From positions 112 through 64,111 of the forward strand of contig CALIBN010000017.1 in the NCBI GenBank assembly GCA_938045545.1: 64,000 bases of DNA, given 5' to 3'. The stretch's first letter is position 1; the number at the start of each line of letters is the position of its first letter. The DNA comes from an uncultured archaeon (lineage in GTDB: Archaea; Thermoproteota; EX4484-205; JAAOZP01). Positions 40,026 through 49,428 of the stretch are shown here, in pieces. The notes below the pieces were generated by a model. The model did not search any database. It was not told the DNA's origin and saw only the letters and a list, made by a program, of their open reading frames with translations. Position numbers and translations under genes: made by a program.

Positions 40026-40398
40026 TATCTTTTTAATTCTCTTTGAGTTCCGGCAGGTTTTTGAAAACTTCTTCCCTTCCGGCTGCTTCCCTAATTAAAA
40101 GCCCTTCCAACCAGTTCCTCAACCTCCTTCGCGAAATCAACTAGCCTTTTTGCGCGCAACTTCTTAGATCTATCCAGTAGCTTTCCAATCTCTTCCCTTC
40201 CCATGAATCTTTAATGCCCTGATGAGATATAAGCGTTCACAGAACACGTTTCAACGCTTTAAACAATTCCTTCGTTAAGGATGGTGCACGTGCAGTGTAC
40301 GTTCTTCCCAGAGTTTAGAAGGCGGCTAACCCCTACCTTTTTCGAAATTCTTTAAACAGCCCACCGTCACATCGACCTTAAACTGAAATTCGCTGGGC

Positions 40399-43300
40399 TC
40401 AGTACACGGGTCCAACGGAAACTATTGAAGGTGCATACTGGTTTAGAAACATCCTGTAATACATGAGGCATTCTTCAACAGCATTCTTAACGGATCCGAC
40501 TACCGTACGCTTGTAAACATCACCGCCTACGACAACGCTGAAGGACTTGTAAAGGATGAGAGTGGCTCCAGAATATATTTCAAGCCTAGCGTTCCTAACT
40601 ATGGGCTTAGTGATCACGTTCAGGCTGGCGACGCCTCTAGAGTTAGCCGTGGCGCTGGCTACAGTGACGTTGCTTCCATCCTTAAGGACGACGGTCCAAC
40701 CCGGCGTGAGTCCTGTTATGTTCACAAACCTAGGGTCAGCGTCAATTGATGCGACGAAATCGTCAAACCTTGCCTCCAGAGAACCGTAACCGGTTTTCTC
40801 ATCGTATACACTGAGGCCGAATTGGCTGGTCCAGATGGATGCGTTGGTGTTAGCAGTTAAAGGATTCCCTACGCGTGTCCCGCCAGTATTATACACGGTC
40901 AGTGTCATTACCCCAGTGTTAACATTCCTGCTTCCAAGAGAGATGAACCAGGTTCCAGTTGATAAACTGCTTGAAACACGGTTAGCGTAGTTCCAATTTG
41001 TCCCATCATAATACCATACTCCAAGGCGTTTACTCGGGTCGTGGTAAAATTCTAAAGTGTAGAAACTGTTTTCCGAGTTGATCATCGTTAAGCCAGCTCC
41101 CTGCCTGCCTGACTGTCCGCCGCTGGAAATCCTGTTGTACCATTCTTTCGAAAGCACGTAAATTGTTCCGGCTGTAGGCGGCGTGTTGTTAGAGTAATAC
41201 GCGACATGCGCTCCTCCCCAGCTTCCGGAGGGGCCGTCGGCGGTAACCCGTATGTAGCCAGCCGGGTCCCAGCTCCAAGCGTTCGTGTTTGTGGTGAGCC
41301 TCCCAGATAACGGGTCAGTGGAGAAATCATCGTATATTAAAGCGTTCCTCTTCACCAGCTCAAGCTCTCCTGCAACTGTGCCGCTTGTGCTCTCCACGGT
41401 GGCGAATGGGAGTGCGTTACGGTCAGTCCCATTATACCATAGGCTCGCGTTGACAAACGGGTTTGCTGCCCTAGCACCCTCAGTCAGGAAACCAGCCACT
41501 TTGAACATTATCCTGTTCGCTGGATCAGTGTAATACACGTCGTTTGTAGCTCCTCTCCTCCAATAGATAGCGTCATACTCCATCACCCTTCTCTGATAGT
41601 CGGCGGTCGTCCAGACCCAGAGCTGGTCCCTTCTAATGCCGCCTATGAAGTAGCTTCTAAGCTCGTCGATGAAGTCTTCAGATGCGAAAATCGCCATGCC
41701 CGCGTACTCATTGTAAACCACGGTCCAATTCCCGTACGCCTGCGCGGAAGGCCTGTTGGCAGGGCTATTATTCCTGTCCCTATGCATGATGTTTCTTATG
41801 TTTGAGTACGTGCCGTTGACGATGCTCGGGTTTGCCACGGAGGTTGCGAGTGAACCCCATTGGACTCTCAAGGGGCTTCCTGCATCAGTATCGGTCCCTC
41901 CTATCATCCCCATTAGAGACATGTAGGCATAATCCATGCGGACGCTTCTAAGCCATGTCGCGTTAGCCACGTATAGGAAGTATGAAACATTGTAAGGAAT
42001 ATAGAGAAGAGTCTCGTAATGCATCTCGTCAAAGCTCACCGGCCCAATCGGAGGAGTTTCCTGCGTCCTGTTAGACTTTCTAAACGCCACCAGCCTAACA
42101 GGGGCCTCAGCCACCAGACTACCGCCCTTGTCCACCGGCTTAGGAAGTATAGTCCAGTCGTCAGCTGGAACCTTCCTCGGGAACCACCATCCACCACCCA
42201 TCCGGTAAACATCGTAGCCTAGAAGGACGTATTCAACATGCGTCCCGCTCCTTGGGTCGAGGAGGCTTATCGACCAGTCCACCCAGTAGCTCGTCGGCCT
42301 AGCCACCAGTGTTAAAACGTATTTCCCGTTGTGGACGGTGGCGAACGTGGCGTTAAGAGTCATGTGGAGACGGTACTCCGGCGGTGTGGCGTCAGCATCC
42401 TCAAGCCATGTCAGCCTAACCCTCTGCAGCCTGCATCCCGGCGGATAGTTCAGCTCGAAAACAAGCTTGGAGCCATTCATAATCCTCCTCCTCCAGTCTA
42501 GGAACTGCTCGCTGTTTGGCCAGAGATACCTCTCGTCCCAAACCTCAGTCTGATAGGGTACTTCTTCGAAGGCAGGATCGTAACCTGTGCTGGAAGGATC
42601 CCCGTTTTTCGTCGCCATAACCCTCACCTGTTTAACTGGCGGAAGCGGGATCGGGGGATTCTCGGTTTGAGACGAGAGCCTAGTGTTATACCAGTACATC
42701 GTCCCGTTGGGGATGAGCTCGAAAACATAAGTCTCCTTAATCTTAGACGGGTCCCCAGGGTAAAACGGCTCGACAGCGTTCTCACGTATAGCGTACTCTA
42801 TGCCTGAGTAGCTGTATGATTCGACGATTATCCCCCTGTTGTCCTGAACCCTGACGAGGACAAACTGGTAGTAGCCGGGCTGGTGCGGCGGGTTACCCTG
42901 CTCGGGCTCCCACCTCCAGAAGAGCCTGACGTTGCTACTGGTAGGGTCGTGGAAGCTCGGCGTTACTCTTATCGTGTAGTTTCCCCCGCCGTTGTAAGTC
43001 AGAGTCATTGAATCGGCGCTCATCCTCCTCCAGCAGTATACTCCCGGCGGCACAGTCGGGTCGAACAAGTATATTTCGAAGTTTCCAAGCTTAAGGTCGT
43101 TCACGGGGACCCCGTTTTCTCTAAGCACCGTCACGTATAGCTCAACGTAATTATTTCTCTCGTAGGGAACTATCGAGGTTATCGTGAGGTTTAGGAGGAC
43201 GATGTGCGTAGCCCTCCAGCCGACAACTCCCTGGAAAGTTGCGTCTACGCTTATTTCCGCGCCTATGGCTGAAATACTGTTAGGCCTGTACCAGAAGAGT

Positions 43301-43773
43301 TTGAAAAGCCTGTCCTGTAGCCTTCTCTCAGCGTAGTTGAACACGCGGTCAATAGGGTTGCTCGGATACCCCCGGTGATCCAGCCCGTAGACGGTGAGGG
43401 TAATGCTTTTAGCCTCCTGAATAGGCTCGTCAACCCATTCGGTCTGAATGTTCAAACCCTTACCTGTGTACGCTGCCTGAGTTGAAACAACCCAGTATGA
43501 GAAAGTCAGGTTCGCAACCCTCCTCGGGAAATCCATCTCGGAAGTCATGTTGTAGGTCGACGTGGCGTTAGCAAGAATCCTCGTAAGAACCCTGTTGAAG
43601 TCGGAGTCTATGCTCATCACTATCTCCCTGCTCGGGTTATAGTTGAAGAATAAGTGTTGAGTCGAGGTCAAGTATATCACTGTTGAAACAAGCAGGATGA
43701 TCGTTAACAGAGTGATGCTCATCACAAGTATGACCTGCCCACTCCTCCAGCCATGGGTTTTCATCATCACCAC
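40399..43773 (-). CDS. giant (1124 aa) pilin-like/adhesin protein with putative class III signal peptide
   Basis: The N-terminus 'KTHGWRSG|QVILVMSITLLTIILLV' looks like a prepilin-peptidase site followed by a hydrophobic helix. The rest is beta-rich with N-x-S/T sequons. Last gene of the minus-strand pilus operon, 7-nt overlap with the upstream gene. Confidence 0.5.
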   Translation of the reverse strand: MVMMKTHGWRSGQVILVMSITLLTIILLVSTVIYLTSTQHLFFNYNPSREIVMSIDSDFNRVLTRILANATSTYNMTSEMDFPRRVANLTFSYWVVSTQAAYTGKGLNIQTEWVDEPIQEAKSITLTVYGLDHRGYPSNPIDRVFNYAERRLQDRLFKLFWYRPNSISAIGAEISVDATFQGVVGWRATHIVLLNLTITSIVPYERNNYVELYVTVLRENGVPVNDLKLGNFEIYLFDPTVPPGVYCWRRMSADSMTLTYNGGGNYTIRVTPSFHDPTSSNVRLFWRWEPEQGNPPHQPGYYQFVLVRVQDNRGIIVESYSYSGIEYAIRENAVEPFYPGDPSKIKETYVFELIPNGTMYWYNTRLSSQTENPPIPLPPVKQVRVMATKNGDPSSTGYDPAFEEVPYQTEVWDERYLWPNSEQFLDWRRRIMNGSKLVFELNYPPGCRLQRVRLTWLEDADATPPEYRLHMTLNATFATVHNGKYVLTLVARPTSYWVDWSISLLDPRSGTHVEYVLLGYDVYRMGGGWWFPRKVPADDWTILPKPVDKGGSLVAEAPVRLVAFRKSNRTQETPPIGPVSFDEMHYETLLYIPYNVSYFLYVANATWLRSVRMDYAYMSLMGMIGGTDTDAGSPLRVQWGSLATSVANPSIVNGTYSNIRNIMHRDRNNSPANRPSAQAYGNWTVVYNEYAGMAIFASEDFIDELRSYFIGGIRRDQLWVWTTADYQRRVMEYDAIYWRRGATNDVYYTDPANRIMFKVAGFLTEGARAANPFVNASLWYNGTDRNALPFATVESTSGTVAGELELVKRNALIYDDFSTDPLSGRLTTNTNAWSWDPAGYIRVTADGPSGSWGGAHVAYYSNNTPPTAGTIYVLSKEWYNRISSGGQSGRQGAGLTMINSENSFYTLEFYHDPSKRLGVWYYDGTNWNYANRVSSSLSTGTWFISLGSRNVNTGVMTLTVYNTGGTRVGNPLTANTNASIWTSQFGLSVYDEKTGYGSLEARFDDFVASIDADPRFVNITGLTPGWTVVLKDGSNVTVASATANSRGVASLNVITKPIVRNARLEIYSGATLILYKSFSVVVGGDVYKRTVVGSVKNAVEECLMYYRMFLNQYAPSIVSVGPVY

Positions 43774-44252
43774 CTCTTAGCCAGCTCCAGGTGAATCTTC
43801 AAAACCCACCTCCTCCTTGTCGTGTAGGTTATGTCTGCTCCAGCAGCATCCTTGGCAAGCTTGAAGTCATCCGGCGAAGCGTTGGAGATGCTTTCTCCAA
43901 GCGGCTCAACCTCAACGATATCACCCTTCTGACTCATGTTGTAGACAGTCATGTTATATAGGGTGTTCGCCGGTAGAAGAGCGTTTAAAACGTTCTTCAT
44001 CAAACCCTCCCATCCTTGCCTAACTCCGGTGGAGTTGAAAATCACCTCGTCGTAAACCTCCCTGTCAGCCAGGCTCATCAGAAAATCGTAGCAGTATTTC
44101 TCAGCCTCGCTCTTAACCTTGGCGCTGTATGGGTCTGGGCTCTTAGTCAGGTTTATCATGCTCCACATCGCGACTGCGATTATCCCGCTCGCGAGAAGCG
44201 CCTCGACAATCCTCATCTGACCCCTGGAGTCGATCATTCTCCCCACCTCCAA
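43767..44252 (-). CDS. pilin-like protein (class III signal peptide)
   Basis: 'MIDSRG|QMRIVEALLASGIIAVAMW'. 161 aa. Confidence 0.5.
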   Translation of the reverse strand: MEVGRMIDSRGQMRIVEALLASGIIAVAMWSMINLTKSPDPYSAKVKSEAEKYCYDFLMSLADREVYDEVIFNSTGVRQGWEGLMKNVLNALLPANTLYNMTVYNMSQKGDIVEVEPLGESISNASPDDFKLAKDAAGADITYTTRRRWVLKIHLELAKRW

Positions 44253-45406
44253 ACCCTGACTTCGAAAACATAGTGGAAGGAGCCTATCTTAACCATCCTT
44301 CTCAGCACGCTAGTCTTAATATTACCCTGAACTTTGCCGAGTTGGCAGCCAGCATCAAGCGGAGGCCTGTAGAAAGCAACTATCCGGGCATGGGGCCACC
44401 CTTCCTTCTTAACCGGAAGCAATATGAATACAACATCGTCGTCAATCGGCCCAGTAACATTAAAAACCCTGTGGTTGAAAGCACCTCTGTTAATCACCCA
44501 GCCTGCTTCTCCCGGATTATAGCCTGCTTCTACAACCGGGCTAAAGTAAACATAGTATGGAGGGTCCGCCATGCCAACTATACGCAGCAAATGCGGTGCA
44601 CCCATGACCTCAGCTGCCTCTAAATCATAATCCACTATGAGATGGTTGCCTATGATCGTACCCTTCAACGCATCAGTATCATCACCTAATACTGTTGAGT
44701 TTATAGCTCTTATTCCATAGTATTCAGCATACACTACTGCTGCAGGAATAGGTTTAAAACCAGCTTCAACTGGCTTCTCGAAAACTATTGTTGGTGTCTT
44801 ACCATCCCAACCGGTAATGGTAGTCACACAGGTGTAGTTTGGCGAATAAACAGTTTGTTTTTTGACCATCATGAAAATATAGAGAACGGTCACATTGGCA
44901 CCTATCGCTGGTCTTCCATCTGAAGTCTTTACAGACACATCTACAGTACTGATGAATTTATTTCCCTGCGTATTTTGAGTTGCATGAATACTTACATTGA
45001 GTGCCGGTCTTATTCTCATACTGAAGCCATATGTGCTTCCTAACCCGAGCAGTTCAGCTATCCGAAAATAGTTTATTCTAACCGTTGAGGGAAGTTGGTA
45101 ATTCCCCACATTAACTATTCTCAAAATCTTATTTATGTCAAGCTCGTACATGAAGCCTCCTGCTTTCTGAAGCCCGAAGCCGTAAAGCTGACTGCTGTTC
45201 TCCACCACAAGTATGTCGCCCCAGTCCTCAGGTATTCCAGGGCTGAGTAGAACCTTATCCATGATTGCTTGAGCAACCTCCTCAAGCTGGTGCTCCCTGA
45301 CCATTGTGAAAGAGAGGTATGCGGTTGGAATAATGTATCCCATGAAGGTTACTAGTATCAGCAGGAGGACGAGGAAGGCGAACATGTTGTCCAGCGTGAC
45401 GTGCAT
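44234..45406 (-). CDS. pilus-associated protein with N-terminal hydrophobic anchor
   Basis: 390 aa with N-terminal 'MFAFLVLLLILVTFMGYIIP'. Belongs to the operon through overlaps and abutting ends. Confidence 0.4.
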   Translation of the reverse strand: MHVTLDNMFAFLVLLLILVTFMGYIIPTAYLSFTMVREHQLEEVAQAIMDKVLLSPGIPEDWGDILVVENSSQLYGFGLQKAGGFMYELDINKILRIVNVGNYQLPSTVRINYFRIAELLGLGSTYGFSMRIRPALNVSIHATQNTQGNKFISTVDVSVKTSDGRPAIGANVTVLYIFMMVKKQTVYSPNYTCVTTITGWDGKTPTIVFEKPVEAGFKPIPAAVVYAEYYGIRAINSTVLGDDTDALKGTIIGNHLIVDYDLEAAEVMGAPHLLRIVGMADPPYYVYFSPVVEAGYNPGEAGWVINRGAFNHRVFNVTGPIDDDVVFILLPVKKEGWPHARIVAFYRPPLDAGCQLGKVQGNIKTSVLRRMVKIGSFHYVFEVRVWRWGE

Positions 45407-45409
45407 TAA

Positions 45410-45934
45410 TCACCCTCCTCCACTGTTCCCAACCCAGCCTAGTCCAACCGTTATTGAACCATCTATCCTCCTAGCCCAGACGACAGCGTTCCTCTTGCCG
45501 GAGTGGAGGACACCGTTGTAATTCACCGTGTAGGATCCTACTGAGAAGGAGCCCGAGCCTGTTTCGACGAAGACTTCGCCGCCAGGCTCTCTCCACAATG
45601 GTGAGGAGGCGTTTACCGCCCTGTTGCTCTCGAGATACGCGACGACATGCCAAACCCCTTGAATCTGTCTAAACTCTATCGCGTAGCCCTGCTCCGACAC
45701 TGAGGCGGGGATGCTTATCGGCTTGAAAAGGTCAACGTTGTTCCTCGGCTTCTGACACATCGCGTAGAGACCGGTTACCTCTGAAGCAACCTGGTTAGCT
45801 ATCTCGCCAAGCCTAACCCTGAGGGAGTCCACCATTACCCACTGGTAAAGTACTGAAAGCATCAACAGGGATATCAGCAGGACGCCGTAGAAGGCTGTCG
45901 TCAGGATAACTGTTTCAAAAGGCGTGGAAGGCAT
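45410..45934 (-). CDS. pilus-associated small protein with N-terminal hydrophobic helix
   Basis: 174 aa with N-terminal 'FETVILTTAFYGVLLISLLMLSV'. Confidence 0.4.
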   Translation of the reverse strand: MPSTPFETVILTTAFYGVLLISLLMLSVLYQWVMVDSLRVRLGEIANQVASEVTGLYAMCQKPRNNVDLFKPISIPASVSEQGYAIEFRQIQGVWHVVAYLESNRAVNASSPLWREPGGEVFVETGSGSFSVGSYTVNYNGVLHSGKRNAVVWARRIDGSITVGLGWVGNSGGG

Positions 45935-45936
45935 CT

Positions 45937-46827
45937 TTAACCACCTATTGACAGCTCTACGTCGACGATGTTCAGGAATATTATCGTTCCGTTACCCCCC
46001 TGGTCTGGAACACTGTAGTTCTTTAAATAGGGGCCTCTTTCAACACTCACCGTGATGCTCGTCGAATCGGGAAGCCTTATTACCCTGGTGGTCACGTTAG
46101 TAACTCTGGCGCAAACATTGTAAACATTGGTTCCGCTGAAAGTCCCGTAGACAATCCTGACGTAGGTTACCTCAACAACGTTAACAGGCTCCCAGTTCAG
46201 CCCATTGTCCCTCGTAACTCTTATTGTGCCTGAGGGCACAACCCTGACCCTTCCGAAATCCATTATGACCCACGCCCCCTGTTCACGCTTCAAGTACACC
46301 CATCCGAGTGGAGCCGATTCATCCGGGCTGACTATAAGGTGGTCCGTCGGAAGAGCATTGGGAATCCCTTTGAGAACCTGGTAGTCGAGCGAGGATACGC
46401 CACCCCCTCCCCTGAACTTAGGCAGGTTAACAATGTCCTCGAAGACCTCCAAGGAAGCCCCGCTCTCGTCGCTAATAGTTATCTTCAGCCGCTCAGCGCC
46501 GCGTGTGAGAGAGAGCCCCCCGCTGCTCACTGCAAACCTCACGTATCCCGCTTCACCCTTAACAAGGCTCATGCCCTCTATCATCTGCGCGAGGCTGATC
46601 ATGCTCGCCTTACCGTTTTCAAACTCCGTTGCCTGAGCCTGCATCGAAAGGTTGAGCTGGGCGAAGAAGACTCCTCCCACAATCATTCCTAGCGTCACGG
46701 TGACGAGCATGACTGTCGCCACAACCTCTGAGACACCCTTATCGTCCAGCCTGACCCTAGCCAATGGTGCCACCGCCCGTGGGAACTGGGGTGAAAGAAT
46801 AGTATGGGGCGAGCAGTATGGTGGCAA
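45937..46827 (-). CDS. pilin-like protein (class III signal peptide)
   Basis: 'RLDDKG|VSEVVATVMLVTVTLGMIVGGVFFA' is an archaeal pilin-type N-terminus. The annotated ATG overlaps the upstream TadC-like ORF by 71 nt in another frame. Confidence 0.5.
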   Translation of the reverse strand: MPPYCSPHTILSPQFPRAVAPLARVRLDDKGVSEVVATVMLVTVTLGMIVGGVFFAQLNLSMQAQATEFENGKASMISLAQMIEGMSLVKGEAGYVRFAVSSGGLSLTRGAERLKITISDESGASLEVFEDIVNLPKFRGGGGVSSLDYQVLKGIPNALPTDHLIVSPDESAPLGWVYLKREQGAWVIMDFGRVRVVPSGTIRVTRDNGLNWEPVNVVEVTYVRIVYGTFSGTNVYNVCARVTNVTTRVIRLPDSTSITVSVERGPYLKNYSVPDQGGNGTIIFLNIVDVELSIGG

Positions 46828-48589
46828 AGGTGAATATTAAGAGCATTAGAGCGTGGAAGAAGCCTGAGGAAACCTCCCCGTATGCAATCTTACCCCCGAC
46901 CAGGCCCATCATGTAGACGTGTAGGATGACGGGTGGGAGAAGTAGTTGAACCATGTCTGCGAAAGCCATTGACCGCCCAGCCATGAGAAGCATCGACCTG
47001 AAGAATGTTAAGAGCGCTATGACTGTTACAACCAGCACTCCGGTCCCGATGTACGGTATCATGAGCAGCGGCCTGAGCTCAGACCTCTTCTCCTTCTCCA
47101 TCAGTATTATCGACTCGTTGAACCTCGCAAGCGTCTCAAGAGTCTCAGGAGTGCCTCCGCCAACCTCTATGGCGTCGAGAAGGAGGAACATGCTTATCTT
47201 CGTAAGCCATGTCCTAACCTTCTTTGAAAACGTCTTATATATTTCAGCGTGGCTTATCCCCCATGAGATCTGCGTGGCCATCGTCTTAATATGCCTGGAG
47301 AGATTCCCGTAGTTCCTCTCAGAGAGGGATATTATGCATTTCTCAGGGCTTAGCCCAGACTTCCTAATCTCCACAAGATCCCTGAGGAAGCCTGCGAAAC
47401 CAACATCCATGCCCCTCTCCTTGAAACTGATGTACATCCTGTAGGCTACCACGGGGATTGAAGAGATAGCCAAGGTTAGGATGAGCCCAATAGTGGGCTC
47501 GTAGCCACGCTCAAGCTGCAAATACTCTCTCAGCCAGACGATGAAGTTGCTTAGGAGGTTGAAAGGCGGAATATCTCTCAAGCCCGGGGCTAGGAAGGAG
47601 ACGCAGAACCCGGGTATGAGCAACGCCATTATGGGAGTAGCCGTGGCGGCGAAAACAATGTAGGGCGAGTTGTCCTCCATCGGGTACTTCGGCTGAACAA
47701 TGTCTATGAGCCAGAGGAACATGAGGGAGAAGAAGGGTAGGAAAGCGTAGCTGAACAATACGAATGACAGAATGTTCCCGAATATGCCGCCGCCGGCGCC
47801 GGCTACAAGCTCCCCGATAGACATTTGAACAGCGTAAATAGTGTATATGCCGAGCAGGAGAAGTATCGCGAAGACGATGTAAACCTCCATCAGTTGCCCA
47901 AGCCTCCCGCCGATGAGCTTAAGGTTCTCAAGCCTCTCCTGGAATAATAGCTCAGTCCTTCGGAGAAGATAGTGGACAACGTCCCCACCAGTCTTAAGGG
48001 TTGAAGCATAGCCTAGGAGAAGCTCCCTGAACTCCTTGGAGGGAAGCTTCTTCCCAATCTCCTCCAGAGCCGTGACAGGGTCGTAGCCCAGGCCCCTAAC
48101 CATGATGTCGAGAAGCTTAGCCGTCTCTGAGAAAGTTGGGAGGAGGGGTACGCGTGAAAGCCTCATTATGCTCACGTACGGCGAAATACCTCCCGTAGAC
48201 ATAACCGCGGTGTAGGCTGCAGCATAGGGGACCTCTGAGGAGAGGGAAGCCTTAATGCTTGAAATCTTCATCCTGGGCCAAGCTATGCCGAGTAGGAAGA
48301 CTATGACTGGGAGACAAAGGAGCAAGATGGGTATGAGGTAGACTTCGCGGAAGCCGAGGTTGACGACGATAATGTCGTAGCTTAGAAACAGCACGCTTGA
48401 CAACGCTACTGAGACGATTGCGGTTATGAACGTTGCCAGGAGAACAGTGGCGCCGTAGGCCCTCGGGTACACTCTTATCCCGGAGGCTTCAAGGTCGCCG
48501 CACATCTTCGCAACACTGTCTCCAAGCGGGCCGAACAGCCATGCGGCGAAGCTCGATATGGACAATACTAAGTATTTTAACCATAACAT
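46757..48589 (-). CDS. type IV pilus assembly membrane protein (TadC/FlaJ/T2SS-F family)
   Basis: 610-aa polytopic protein with two T2SSF-like cytoplasmic repeats ('LLDIMVRGLGYDPVTALEEIGKKL', 'LSRHIKTMATQISWGISHAEIYKTF'). Confidence 0.8.
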   Translation of the reverse strand: MLWLKYLVLSISSFAAWLFGPLGDSVAKMCGDLEASGIRVYPRAYGATVLLATFITAIVSVALSSVLFLSYDIIVVNLGFREVYLIPILLLCLPVIVFLLGIAWPRMKISSIKASLSSEVPYAAAYTAVMSTGGISPYVSIMRLSRVPLLPTFSETAKLLDIMVRGLGYDPVTALEEIGKKLPSKEFRELLLGYASTLKTGGDVVHYLLRRTELLFQERLENLKLIGGRLGQLMEVYIVFAILLLLGIYTIYAVQMSIGELVAGAGGGIFGNILSFVLFSYAFLPFFSLMFLWLIDIVQPKYPMEDNSPYIVFAATATPIMALLIPGFCVSFLAPGLRDIPPFNLLSNFIVWLREYLQLERGYEPTIGLILTLAISSIPVVAYRMYISFKERGMDVGFAGFLRDLVEIRKSGLSPEKCIISLSERNYGNLSRHIKTMATQISWGISHAEIYKTFSKKVRTWLTKISMFLLLDAIEVGGGTPETLETLARFNESIILMEKEKRSELRPLLMIPYIGTGVLVVTVIALLTFFRSMLLMAGRSMAFADMVQLLLPPVILHVYMMGLVGGKIAYGEVSSGFFHALMLLIFTFATILLAPYYSFTPVPTGGGTIG

Positions 48590-48753
48590 GTTTCTTATAT
48601 TCTTTTTCCAGAATTTAAATACCGGTATGAGTGTCTGAAACGTGACAACCAGGGGTGTCGCTTGAATGACGAAAATCGCACTCCGTCAATCTAGAGTATA
48701 AAGACAAGTCTTTTAAAGCAATGTTATCAAGAGGTTTTTCCAGAGGGTTTTCA

Positions 48754-48805
48754 CAGTTCAGCAGGGTTTAAAACAGTTTAAAACCGTTCAGCACGGTTTA
48801 ACACG
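48754..48805 (+). promoter_or_regulatory. imperfect direct repeats in the divergent pilus promoter region
   Basis: 'agTTCAGCAgGGTTTAAaACa' at 48754-48774 and 'cgTTCAGCAcGGTTTAA-CACg' at 48785-48805, separated by 'gtttaaaac'. They lie between the divergently transcribed TadC-like and pilin genes. Confidence 0.4.
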
Positions 48806-48850
48806 CCTAATCCGTTAAGCGCTGTAAGTCCTATTTTAACGTTAAAAAAA

Positions 48851-48858
48851 TTTAAATA
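48851..48858 (+). promoter_or_regulatory. archaeal TATA box (with A-rich BRE) for the pilin gene
   Basis: 'aaaaaaaTTTAAATAct' sits about 45 nt upstream of the ATG at 48902. A GGTGA Shine-Dalgarno lies 7 nt before the start. Confidence 0.5.
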
Positions 48859-48901
48859 CTATCTTTCATACAAGCATAATACGGTAAGAGGTGAAACAGG
48901 C

Positions 48902-49369
48902 ATGAGAATGCTGAACGACAAAAGGGGCGTAAGCCCAGTGATAACGACAGTAATCATCGTCGCAGTAGGCATAACGATCGCGATAGCGGTAGCACTGTGG
49001 ATGACAGGACTCGTCGGTGCTTTCATGGGGTACGAGAAGATTGAGATAAGAAGCACCTTCGCAAACCCGTTACAGGGTGGCGGTTGGGATGTAGTAATTA
49101 CCTACGTGAACACGGGTTCTTCTCCAGCGAAGATAGATAATGTTTTCGTGAACAACATTCCCTACGACCAATGGCAAACCATAGTATGCAAGCCAGATGT
49201 TAAGTCGAATCCGGCTCCAGCTAACATCGGAGAAGAAGGAACAATAACTTTAACTATATCCGACGGTGCTAAATACAGTAATCAAAAGCTTGTGAGCGGC
49301 GTCACTGTGACGATTAAGCTCCACTCGACAGGCGGCAAGGAGTACTTCACGAGCGTGGTCCTCCCTTAA
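48902..49369 (+). CDS. type IV pilin (archaeal, class III signal peptide)
   Basis: 'MRMLNDKRG|VSPVITTVIIVAVGITIAIAVALWMTGLV' is a canonical prepilin N-terminus. 155 aa. Confidence 0.8.
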   Translation: MRMLNDKRGVSPVITTVIIVAVGITIAIAVALWMTGLVGAFMGYEKIEIRSTFANPLQGGGWDVVITYVNTGSSPAKIDNVFVNNIPYDQWQTIVCKPDVKSNPAPANIGEEGTITLTISDGAKYSNQKLVSGVTVTIKLHSTGGKEYFTSVVLP

Positions 49370-49428
49370 GATAGCCCCTCTCCCCCCTACCCCCCGATTT
49401 TTTCTCGTGTTGTTAAGCCGGTGACCTA

